64,000 bases of DNA from Tubiluchus corallicola (lineage: Eukaryota > Animalia > Priapulida): assembly GCA_030141605.1 (NCBI GenBank), contig JAQGDQ010000181.1, forward strand, positions 372,378 through 436,377, given 5' to 3'. A program made the translations under genes and the position numbers. Positions 1 to 11,800 of this stretch are shown here, one piece after another. Within the stretch, counting starts at the first letter, position 1; each line of letters opens with the position of its first letter. The notes under the pieces were generated by a model. That model was given only the letters and a program-made list of their open reading frames with translations, was not told the DNA's origin and did not search any database.

Positions 1-690
1 AGTCACAGTTTTCCTTTTCCTAGCCCTAGCAGGTGATTGTTCTTCGTTACTTGTACATACGCTTTCTCTTTGCGGTTCTGCTGCTTTGTCTTTAATGTCA
101 GCCATCTTTCTTCTGTGATCCACAGTCGCAGTTTTTCTTTTCCTAGCCCTAGCAGGTAATTGTTCTTCTTTACTTGTACATACGCTTTCTCTTTGTGGTT
201 CTGCTGCTTTGTCTTTAGAGTCAGCCATCTTTATTCTGTTATCCACAGTCGCACATTTTCTTTTCCTAGCCCTAGCAGGTGATTGTTCTTCGTTACTTGT
301 ACGTACACTTTCTCTTTGCGGTTCCGCTGCTTTGTCTTTAGAGTCAGCCATCTTTCTTCTGTGATCCACAGTCGCAGTTTTTCTTTTCCTAGACCTAGCA
401 GGTGATTGTTCTTCGTTACTTGTACATACACCTTTACTTTGTGGTTCTGCTGCTTTGTCCCTATAGTCAGCCATCTTTCTTCTATTATTCGCAGATGGAG
501 TTTTCCTTTTCCTAGACCTAGCAGGTGGTTGTTTTTCACTACTTGTATGTTGTTCTTCGTTACTTGTAGGCAAACCTTCACTTTGCAGTTCGTCTTTACT
601 GTCAGCCATCTTTTGTCTATTATTCACAGTTGCAGTTTTTTTCCTAACAGGTGATTGTTCTTCGTTACTTGTATGTACACTTTCAATTTG
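1..690 (-). repeat. Coding 123-bp tandem repeat (41-aa unit, about 5 copies, degenerating to the right)
   Basis: Units start at 1, 124, 247, 370 and 493. Peptide approx. TSNEEQSPARARKRKTATVDHRRKMADIKDKAAEPQRESVC. Confidence 0.9.
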
Positions 691-3600
691 CAGTTCTGTT
701 TCTGTTATAAAGGACACACTCCCCGTTTTCCTTGCAACATCACTTTTTGTTGATTCTGCTGTAAGTATATTTGTTGTTTGAGAAGTTTTTTGTTCCTTCA
801 CTTTTAGGCATTCAGGAAAAAGTCTTTTTCTAATTGCACTACGCTGTGCATTGGCACTGTGATCGATAACATCAGGAAATATGGTTTTATGGCATTGACT
901 GGAAGGTGACAGCTGACGTCCAGGGGATATAACAAAGCTCTCGTGATCGTTCACAGGGACGTCAATTGTGGACAGTGACGTGTGAAATGAGACGTCCGTA
1001 TTTGCTTCACATTCTTTGATACACCTTGCTGAACTCGCATGACTAGAAGAAATGCTGCTAATAAGTGACTGTGAGGGTGACTGCATAAGTCTCTCGCCAG
1101 GTGCAACAGCATTCTCAGCTTCAAAGCGCTTTCGATGTTTACTAAATGCAAGTTTAATAAGTTCACACTTTCGCAACCGTGGTAAAGGAACTGTTGCATT
1201 TCCTAACGGTTTGCAGAGGAACTGGGAGCTGCTCAAGGATGAGGTTAACAACGACTCATTACTTGCAGTGTTAAAAAGTTCCGACTTCCTTAGATTGTCA
1301 TTATCTATGTTATTAGTGACAAGTGAAAAACGTGTTCTGTTCATAATTTCATCATGAAGTTCAATTTCTACTGGCTCTGTGGTTAGGATCCCTGCTTCTC
1401 TTTCAATGTGGCTTTGACCAGGATCAAGGTTTGCATGAAACTCACGTGTTCCACTTGTCATTTCAACATAAGGTACAGTAATACTATCAGGCACAATATC
1501 TGTTGACTCGGGCACTATCGCATCTGAATTGTGAACATGGTTTACATGTGAAATCTCTAATCTTGTTTCAGAATGAAGCATTTCGTCATTTTCGGGAATG
1601 ACAATAGGTGACGCAGGTTCCTGAATTTCCTCGTGGTTGACTGTTTGTGCTGTGACGGATGATTCTTGATTGAAAAAGTGGTGAGCTTTTGAACTTCCAG
1701 CTTTAGGTCTCGTTTCATTATTAGGATCAGATATAAATGGTAATGTATCATTATCAGTCATACTACTGAATGATTCACCATCAGTTCGTTCAACGACTGT
1801 TGTCTTAGCCAAGCTCAGAGAAAGGTTTTTTGCTTCCTCATCAGATGTTATTTCTTCCTCATCGCTTATGTGTTCACCATCATTTAAATTTTTCTGCAAG
1901 CCGACTTTCTTTGCTATGAAAGGAATTTTTACCTTCAATATATTGCCTGTTCTTACCTTTCTGGATTTTTGCACTTTTCTATTTGAAAATTCACCTGACT
2001 TTTCCAAAGTGTTCAGATCCCCGTTACCCGACTTACTTGAGCGAGTTCTGACACGTCCTGAACATTTTAAACACTCTTGTTCGCTTGAAGAACTTTGCAC
2101 TGGTGATATTGACACGACTTTTGCATGAATTTCCGGTACATCATTGTTGCCCATCCTTTTCTTTTTCTGCAATGAATCCCTTTGTTGCTTGGGATCAGAT
2201 GCACTTTCTTTAGGATAATTGTCATTTTTAGATATCACCAACACAGTATTAACCTGTTCCAGAATTACTTCATTATCTACGTTTTTTAATTTTTCTTTCA
2301 TAGTTGATGGTGACATATGACTAGTGGCGTTAAGTAAAGTTTGTGCAGATATAAATGGAGATGTTGTTACGGTTTTGTTCTCGTTGTCATTATCTAACAA
2401 TGCAGCAGTATCTGCGGCAGGCGATGTTAACACGGATTTGTTAACAGTATCCGTGACTGATTCACTTGTAATTAGTGGAGTGAATGCTTCAACAGCAGAT
2501 GAAGGTGATATCGTTTCAGTTGTAGTAACTGACAAAGGCGGTATAACTTCATCAATGGCAACGGCCGAGGCTTGTGTTAAATTCATTTCAGGACTGGACA
2601 ATGAATGTGCAGATATTATTGGTGCAGATTCAACACTTCCAGTTGATGTTTTTTCGGATATGGTTAGTATAGATTCATTAGCTACAATTACAGCAGATAC
2701 AGATTTTGCAGAAGCTCCCCTGCTCTTTCTCGATAATGAACGAGTTTGCCTTCTCAAAACATCAGTGTTCAAGGATAGGTTGTTTTCCTCTGGTTTTTTA
2801 GTCTCCACAACAGCACTATCAGAGTTCACGGTTACTTCTGACACACTGTCACTTACAATTGCCGCACCATTTGCAGTTGGTTCAAGTATTTCATTAATAT
2901 CAGGCTTCTCTTTAGCTAACACAGTAAAAGAAGCATCATCTTTGCTTTCCTTATTTTCTACTAGCTGCTTCAAAAGTTTCTCATGATTTTCGGATTTTCT
3001 CATTATGTTACTGTCTTGCGACTGTTTCAGTATGAATTGATCATCACTGTCAAAGCCAATCAGTTCAGCATCTTGTAAAAGACTTCCTGATGTGCAAGCA
3101 TACCTCAAGTTGGGTATTTCAATATCCTCGGTAATATCATGTGTACGTCTAACTCTATTGAGAAAACTTGTTGATCCCCTAAATAAATCTAGACTGCCAA
3201 GCTCAAACCATCCTCGAAAGTGATTGCTTTCCTCATTTATGGTTTCCTCCGTCACTTCCTGGGAAGGTCCTGCAGATCGTAAACCACTGGAAAGCTCAGT
3301 AGCTGGATTGTGCGACTTAGAAGTACCAGAAGAACGGAGGTTACAATGTCCTTTGACTCCAGACTTCAGTGACACCTTCGATTCCCTATTCAATGTATTT
3401 ATATCATTTACCTTATTCCACGCTTCTTCACCTTTTTCTGCAGAATCCTCCACACTTTTCTCTTTGGTTTCTTTAGATGTTTCACCTTCGTGTTTCGTCT
3501 TTTTGCTAAGGTTTAGAACTTTAGCATTACCTGCATCAGTCTGTCTCTTGGAATAATTGATACCAGCATTTTGCTCAGATAAGTGAATGTCATCAATAAG

Positions 3601-3786
3601 TTCACTTGTTCCACTTTCAAGTGATGCAAACATCTCGTCGTACTTAATTGCTAGAGATTTGCTACGTTCTGTTTCTGTGTGAGAATCATCAAATCTCTCC
3701 TCATCTCCAGGCTCAGGTGTACCTACTTCAAAAATCTCTTCTTGTGTTCGTTGTTTAGTGTCCGCTGCAGAATCATTTCGTATGTT
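1..3786 (-). CDS. 3' part of the giant exon: 1262 stop-free codons (NIRNDSAADTKQRTQEEIFE...), open at the window edge
   Basis: Checked triplet by triplet: no stop in this frame from 3786 to 1. Probably absent from the ORF track because it has no stop in the window. It joins the upstream part in frame (ACT ATT AAC ATA) when the element and one TTAA are removed. Confidence 0.85.
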
Positions 3787-5799
3787 AAGAGTCATTCCGT
3801 GAGAAAATCAGCAAAATAGTGGAAGGTGACAAATCACCGATTTTGTTCATATTCACAGGGTTTGATGGTCCCCTCAGATGTACCCCACAGCCAAAATATT
3901 AGATTTCAGAAATGAGCCGTTTCGGAGAAAAGCCGCCATTTTGATTTTTTTCGGATTTTGGCCATTTTGGCGTAAAAAATTGCCCATTATTTCTCACGTT
4001 ATTACAGACAGTAAATGAGCGATCCAGCACTAGTTAATTGGTGATATATATAGTAGGGGTCTTACCCTACCGTACCATTATCGTTGCCAAATTGAACCTC
4101 CTTTTCAGTTGGTGTCATCAGATTGCAAAAGATACGTGTCTGCTGCTGCTGAATTTAGACGCCATTTTGAAATCCCCGTAACTCCACTGGGGCGGGTATT
4201 GGGGGACTAATCAATATATTTTTATTTGCAGCTTGACTAGTCCTACAAATGCATGAAATAAAATTTTGGCCAGCGATCTCCCAAGAATCCAGAATTTTTA
4301 GCCGAAGTTGCTCTTTTTTGCCATTTTCACAACCTTGACCTATATTTAGCTATTCGCTTTGGATGACGGTGTTGCCATTAGAATCGATACAAAGTGCAGC
4401 AACGTCAATGTTTATAGTAGTCATGGACTGGCTTTAGATGTCTGGGCACTCCTAGCAACCAGGCCCCTCATCAGGGGCCCATTCCCTTCGAAGGGCCCCT
4501 GTGACGATTACAACATAGTGATTTTTATAATCTGTATAAAACACGGAATAGTTTCATGTACATAATAACAGTTTCGTGTACAAGTGCTCGGGCTATATAC
4601 CTATGGCCCGTGGATCAATACGGAGGCCTCGGGAGGGCCCCACTCTCTTGACTGAAAAATAGACTTCAGTCAAAAAGGTTTAGTGTCGCTTTCTAAACAA
4701 GATTCTAAAGTAAGGCGGACAAGGCGAGGCAAGGCACTATTTGTGAAATTGTGTTGAAACCGCCGCGAGCATCGAATATAACATGTTGCGAGCCAATTTT
4801 TAAAACGCGCACAGCTTTGTGTGGTCTTGTATTCAACAGGCGAATAGTTGTCAGTCCCTGATATTTTTCCTCAAATCAATTCGAGTTAATAGTTAGTTAG
4901 TTACTAATACCCTGGTGTGGCAACTGCGACAACCAGACTTCTGCTTACTAACAACGGGCATTAACAAAAAAAACTGGTTAAGAAACGCAGCAAAGGTTAG
5001 TACGACCCTGCCTCGGCCGTTACATACTAATTCCGACTCTGTGCAACGTATGTTTCAAGCCATTCGCTCATATTGTATTTAACCGCTAGGTTTCCACCGT
5101 CTTGTAAAGATATACGCATATACACCGACTACCATATTCAACTAAACTCTAACGAGAATCAGGGCGCTGACACTTATAATCACAAATTTTCAAAATAACA
5201 AAAAGAGAAACAACAAATTCTTTACGTCCACGACTATTTTTTATTCGCCAATATTCAATGAAAAGTCGCACTATAGTAAATAATAATAAGCTAATAATTG
5301 ATAATACATACAGTAAGCTGCTACTATGTGTTGCTATGGTAACCTCCTTATCAAAAGAGACACAGAGAGACAGAGAGAGTCACAGAGAGACAGAGAGAGT
5401 CACAGAGAGACAGAGAAAGAGACAGAGAGACACATAGAGACAGAGACAGAGAGAGAGAGACACACAGAGATAGAGAGACAGAGAGAGACACAGAGAAACA
5501 GAAAGAGACAGAGAGAGACACACAGAGACAGAGAGACACAGAGAGAGAGACAGACAGAGACAGAGAGAGAGACAGAGAGAGAGACACAAAGAGACACAGA
5601 GAGACAGAAGAGACACAGAGAGACGGAGAGAGACAGAGAGAGGCACAGAGACACAGAGAGCGACACAGAGAGACACACAGAGAGAGAGACAGAGAGATAA
5701 ACGCACAGAGAGAGAAACACAGAGAGACACAGAGAGACAGAGAGGGAAACAGAAAGACAGAGAGAGAGAGATAGAGAGAGACACAGAGAGACAGAAACA

Positions 5800-5866
<67 letters not shown>

Positions 5867-8800
5867 ACATGGAGAGACAGAGAGAGACACAGACAGACAC
5901 AGAGAGAGACAAAGAGAGACAGAGATAGACACAGAGAGACAGAAAGAGACACAGAGAGACACAGAGAGACAGAGAGAGACACAGAGAGAGAGACAGACAG
6001 AGACACAAAGAGACACAGAGAGACAGAAAGAGACAGAAGAGACGGAGAGAGACACAGAGAGACAGAGAGAGGCACAGAGACACAGAGAGACAGAGAGCGA
6101 CACAGAGAGACACACACAGAGAGAAACACAGAGAGAGACACAGAGAGACAGAGAGAGACACAGAGAGACAGAGAGGGACACAGAAAGACAGAGAGACAGA
6201 CAGAGACAGAGAGAGAGACAGAGAGAGAGACAGAAACAGAGACACACACACACACAGACATGGAGAGACAGAGAGAGACACAGAGAGAGACAGAGACAGA
6301 CACAGAGAGACACAGAGAGACAGAGAGAGAGACACAGAGAGACAGAGAGAGACACAGAGAGACAGAGAGAGACACAGAGAGACAGAGAGAGAGACACAGA
6401 GAGATAGAGAGAGACACAGAGAGACACAGAGAGATAAAGAGAGACAGAGACAGAGAGAGAGTGACAGAGAGAGACACACAGAGAGAGACAGAGAGATCCA
6501 GAGTGAGACACACAGAGACAGAGAGAGACACAGAGAGACACAGAAAGAGACAGACAGAGAGAGAGAGAGACAGAAACTGTAATTTATCGTTTCTTTTTGA
6601 AATTTTCATTTTTTTATTCAGAATTATGAATAATTCGTACTAATTTTTTTCCGATTTAGGTCACATTCAAGATCGAATCTCGTCAATTTATGGACGAGCT
6701 GGCCAAAATTTTATTAATGACCTAAGTATGCCTGGTCAAGCTGTAAATAAACATATATTAATTATACTTCAAATACCCGCCCCAGTGGAGTTATGAGAAT
6801 TTTAAAACAGGGTGTCATTCAGACGGTAGCAGACACACATCTTTCATGAGCTCATGATACCTACTGAAAGAGAATCTCAATTCATCAAACTCAATGTGGC
6901 AATAGGGCAAGACCCCTACTATATATACCACCCAGCAACTAGTCCTGGATCATTCATTTACTGCCTGTAATGATGTGACAAATATAGGTCATTTTTTACG
7001 TCAAAATGGCCAAAATCCAAAAAAAATCAAAATGGCGGCCTATCTCCGAAACGGCTCATTTTTGATATCTAATATTTTGGCTGTGGGGTACATCTGAGGG
7101 GATCATCCAACCCTGTGAATATGAACAAAATCGGTGATTTGTCACCTTCCACTATTTTTTGACTTTTGCATGGTTTTCTCGCGGAATGACTCTTAATAGT
7201 CTCAGCAGTTTCATCAAGCTCATCCTCTTCGTCAAAAACCTTGCCGGAATTTTCTTCACTGTTGGAACTTTTTTCACCACTGGAAGGTTCATCGCAGGAC
7301 ACACTCAATTCAGGCTCAAGCTTTGACTTTTCACTAATGTTATTTCCTTTATCACTCTTTAAATAACTGTTAATCGGTAATCGGTGATTGCTCTTTTCTA
7401 CATGTTCAACTTCTACTTTGTCACCTTCAATAGAAACGTCATCTGAAAAATCGCTGAGGGAGTTTTTGCTTAAATGCCGTGGCAATGTTTTATCTAAGTT
7501 CATTTCAACATTCTCGCCAGAGGAAGTTGCTGGCTCAGTTCCCCCAAGCTTATTATCATTTCTAAGTTCTTTATTTTTAACACCTGATTCAGAATTTATT
7601 ATACTGAACTGTGATTTTTGTTGTGGAGATATGCTACACTTCTCATAATCAGTATCTTGTTTCTTAGCAGACGCTTTTTCTTCACCTGCAGGGTATTCAC
7701 ATTTCTTAAAAATACTTTCTAAGCTTTCTCCTGCTGCCAAATTGCCACCTTCATCAAAATCTGATTGTTTCCTACCTGTAGGTGTGTTACCTTCTGAACT
7801 ACTATCACTATCACCCATTTCTCTGCTAATAGTTTTTCTATTAAGATTTACTTTAGTCTCGTTTTCAGCGTCAATATTACATACAGATTTTGATTCTGTA
7901 TCATCTGAAGATTTTTCGTTTTCTGAGCAGCTTCTACTGATATCACCTGCTTCTTCATCATCATTAATTCTCTTTACATTGTTCTCTTCATTTAGGGCAG
8001 ATTCTGTGCTTCTGCTAGTAGGTTTTAACAAAATACCATCATTACCTAATTCACCAACATTTTTGTTGTAATCCGATATCGCAAATATTCTTTCTTCAAT
8101 TGTGTCACCACTAACCAACTCACCGAACACTGATTTTAAGCTCTTTTCCTCTGGTACATTTAGTTCCTCTTCTTCCCCATCTTCTTTGTCCACCGTTGAC
8201 TTTGATTCCTCCTCCTCCATTTCTATTTTTTCGCCAACACTAACAACTTCCGACTCGAATTTCTGATCAAAGTACTCAACAGAACTATGTTTTCCATATT
8301 CATAACAAGTTTCAAGTTTACTAATTTTTTCATTTTGCATTTTACCTTGTCTATTGTCTTTCAAGCTACTTTCTTCTACTTCTTGTTCTTCTTCTTCCAT
8401 TTCCTCTTCGTCATCTGACGATAAATCTGACGTAATGTCTCCATGAGATTTCGACAAACATTTTTCACTTTGCAAGCCCTCTTTAGATGTGTCTTTTGAT
8501 TTGTTCTTTTCATTTTCACTCATATTATCAGGTTCCTCCTTGTCATCTTCTGATGACCTCATCTCCATGACCTGATAGGAATCCCCATTTTTGTCTTCTG
8601 ATCTCTCTTTAGTTTCAATGTCTGATTCTTGGGTTTCATGTTCCTCTTGTTCGTTGTCATTTTCCTCTTCCTCATCACTAGACGTAGACTCTGATTCAGT
8701 GTTCTCTTCGACTTGATCGTCACCATTCATAAGAGATTCGACATCTGTATCGTGATCAGTCATTCTTTGATCATCAATTTGAAAGATATCGAAGTCATCA

Positions 8801-11800
8801 CTTTCAGCGTCAATTTCTTCCATTATAACGAGTGTGTCATCTAGTTTGCTTTGAGCATCATCTTTGTCTTCATCCTAAAAATTAAAATGAAATTATGAAA
8901 TAACTAGTTGCAAATTCCTCCTGTCAAACATTACAGGCAATGCCCATGTGACCCACATCTAAATCGTTAAATATGAACTAGATATTATTTTTGTTAGACT
9001 CGTCCTAAGTATGAGTATGAGTGCGCAATGTGGGCAACCTTCATTACAGTACTTTCAATTTTTCCATTTCTCTCCAAAGGGCTTTAAAATATTAAAATGC
9101 CAAATACTATCACACTTAAATTGTTCTCAACTTCTCCGTGAAAATAAATTAAATTATAACCGTGCACAATGCTTCTTTGCAGCACTAAATTTACGTAGAA
9201 CATGGGCCTAAAGGAGAAATTTAAACATGATTATTAATGTGTGCTTGCAAAGCAAAATCGTCCATAAGCTGGCAATTAAGCTTTTCATCGCTCTATGTTT
9301 TTTCTAAGCTGAGATAATCCATGTTGAAGTTCAGGTGCACGCTACACACTGAAAAACGTAATCCTGAGAAAAGCGCTGTTAAAGTCAGCCATTGTTTTTT
9401 TTGTCGCGTCTCTACGAAACACATAGCAACTGTGCTACGGAAGTTACACTTAAATCCAGTAGATGGCTCTTCCTGACGAAGATCTAGTCTTGTGAACAGA
9501 AAAAATCCAAAGCAAAATGGTTGCTTCCACGAGCTACAATCGTAGTTAGAAAATACAAGTTGTTTTACAATTACAGTACTAGTTTCTAAGCAGAAAAGTG
9601 GGTAAGGAGTGATAAAATTAGACTTTTTGCATTTTTGGAAACTGAAAATTGGATGACGGCTGTATTGTTTAACGAATGGTTAGTGAAATGGTAGACAACT
9701 GTACTGCCCATGTAGTCAGCACATCATTGAAACACATTACAGTTGCGTTTTGCCTGCAAACACCACATCACTTATTCAGCCCTGTGATCAAGGCATTATT
9801 CGAACACTGAAGGCATACTATAGAAGAGAAATGCGGACGAGAGTGTTAGAAGCAATAGATTCAGACGATGCCATTGATCAATTAACCGCAAATGACCTAG
9901 CCTCCTGAACGCTTTACATGTACTGGCTATGTCGTGGAGCAATTGTAAGTGAGCAGCCAACATTGGAGGAATTTTTGTAATATTTGCACAGAAACAGACC
10001 TGTGTGATTTGGAAAAATATACTATATTATTTATTATTAATTCACTTATATAAATTCATATTTTAAAATATTTTTTCCAATTTTTAACTGCACAAAAGAA
10101 TTTAGGCATTACTTCATTTCTAAAATTGATTAAAAGCCTTTGCAGTGCATAGTAACCTGATGACTCATACTTCTATAGCAGTAACACTACACCCATCGGT
10201 TAATAGGTTCAGTTGGTTAACTGGATCAAAACACGTCAGTCCCAAAGTGAGTCTATTAAACGGTGACTACTGTATTAATATTATGTGGATTCAAGTGTAT
10301 GGTGTTATAGTTGTATTACCTTAATTTACTCACACATGTACTATATAATAAATTACTATAAACTAAATAATATACTACAAAAATACTAAAATCATTAGCA
10401 CTAAGTGCTGTATATAGTATAATCAGCTAAAAAATGAAATTTAAACCTGATAGACGTCTACAGAATTTGTTGCTTTGTCAATAGAGAAGAGTGGCTGATG
10501 CTGATCTGAAGGTTCGGTGCCAAGTACGGGTGCCATCACTTGTAAGTTGAAACTCTGGAAAAGCACACGAAAAATTATTTACAACATGCTCATATAAAAA
10601 AATCACATACTGCAGACTTAGTAGCGATATGTGACAAAGACTCTGACTATCTCTCTTTCCTATCTCTCCTTGCAAAAAAAAACAAGAGCAAAGAAAGAAA
10701 GAGAATCATGGCAAACTAAGTAAAATCTAAAAAATGCAACATACATCCAAGATTCGATTGCATAGGTCAGTTTGGGCAGGTTTCAGCAGATATTTAGTGA
10801 CAGCTAGCATATCATTTCCTCGCAATTTGAGAGGCACTTCGTGCAAAAGCATAGAATTCAATTCTTCAAGCCAACGCCAAAAACGTGTCGGTGCTGGAGT
10901 ATCTAAAACAAACAAGGATAACCACATTAATTATATATGCTAGCATAACTCACTAATGGTATTTAACTGAGTGCAAAAATGGACAGCAAAGGAAAGAGAA
11001 GACGAAGACAGGAGAGACATATTCCATAAAAAGACTAAGGTTCTGTTTAATATACGGACTGTGGTGAGAAACGCTCAAGACATGCCAGACGGCCAGCATG
11101 GTGAAGACACATGATAAGAACTTTGAATTGAAATAAAACAACAAATGGGATGATCGGGCATTTGCAAAATGTAAAAAAATTCAAGATCGGGCAAATAACA
11201 ATTTTCAAACATAAATTTAAGCAAATTTTTCATTTTTTCTTTTGAAGTCAAGTGAGTATACCGAGTGCTTTCTTTCGAAGTTCCGCTGTTTCACTCTTTC
11301 CTAGTATGTCTGTGGTCATTTTCACTGCAAGGATGTATTTAAGGTACTGCGTGCAGGTCAGACCATCCGGTAAAGACATGAGCACTTTGTAAGCTAACGA
11401 GTAAATGATATCCTTGTGCTCTGGTTTAAAAAGTGTCACCTACATAGCAAAAAACACATTTTAATTGGTGTTATGTGAATCTATGTATGATCCAACACAT
11501 CGTCATTATAATCAAGTTCTGTGATGCAAAGTAATATTAACCTTGAAGTTTAAAATAATATTTCTCTGAACAAAAGTATTTGACAACTGCATTAAACCTA
11601 ACAGTCCTGTTTTTGAAATGCAGGAAAAAAAATTAGACTGATGTTAGCAACAAACAATAAGGACGGTTGTGGAAAGGCTTTAACATAAGTTCTTCTGAAC
11701 CTGTTTGCCAATCCTTTCAACTATGTATGTGTATGTGGTTGCATAGCAAAATCATCAATAAGTCGGCAATTAAGGATTTCTAGTTATTCACATATCCTGA

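Noticed and set aside
5326-6643. Long ORFs of 124-409 aa (SLCVSL.../RETERD...)
   Set aside because: Translations of the GA/CA microsatellite.
3789-7192. piggyBac or Kolobok identity for the TTAA element
   Set aside because: piggyBac termini typically begin CC(C/T) and both families have short TIRs; GAG termini with ~490-bp TIRs fit Sola3 better, though no transposase is present to confirm.
406-8071. Plus-strand ORFs such as 2324-2986, 3224-3556 and 7742-8071
   Set aside because: Antisense shadows of the giant minus-strand exon.
10555-10675. ORF 10478-10675 as an exon of the left gene
   Set aside because: Wrong frame; the phase-consistent exon is 10447-10554 in another frame.
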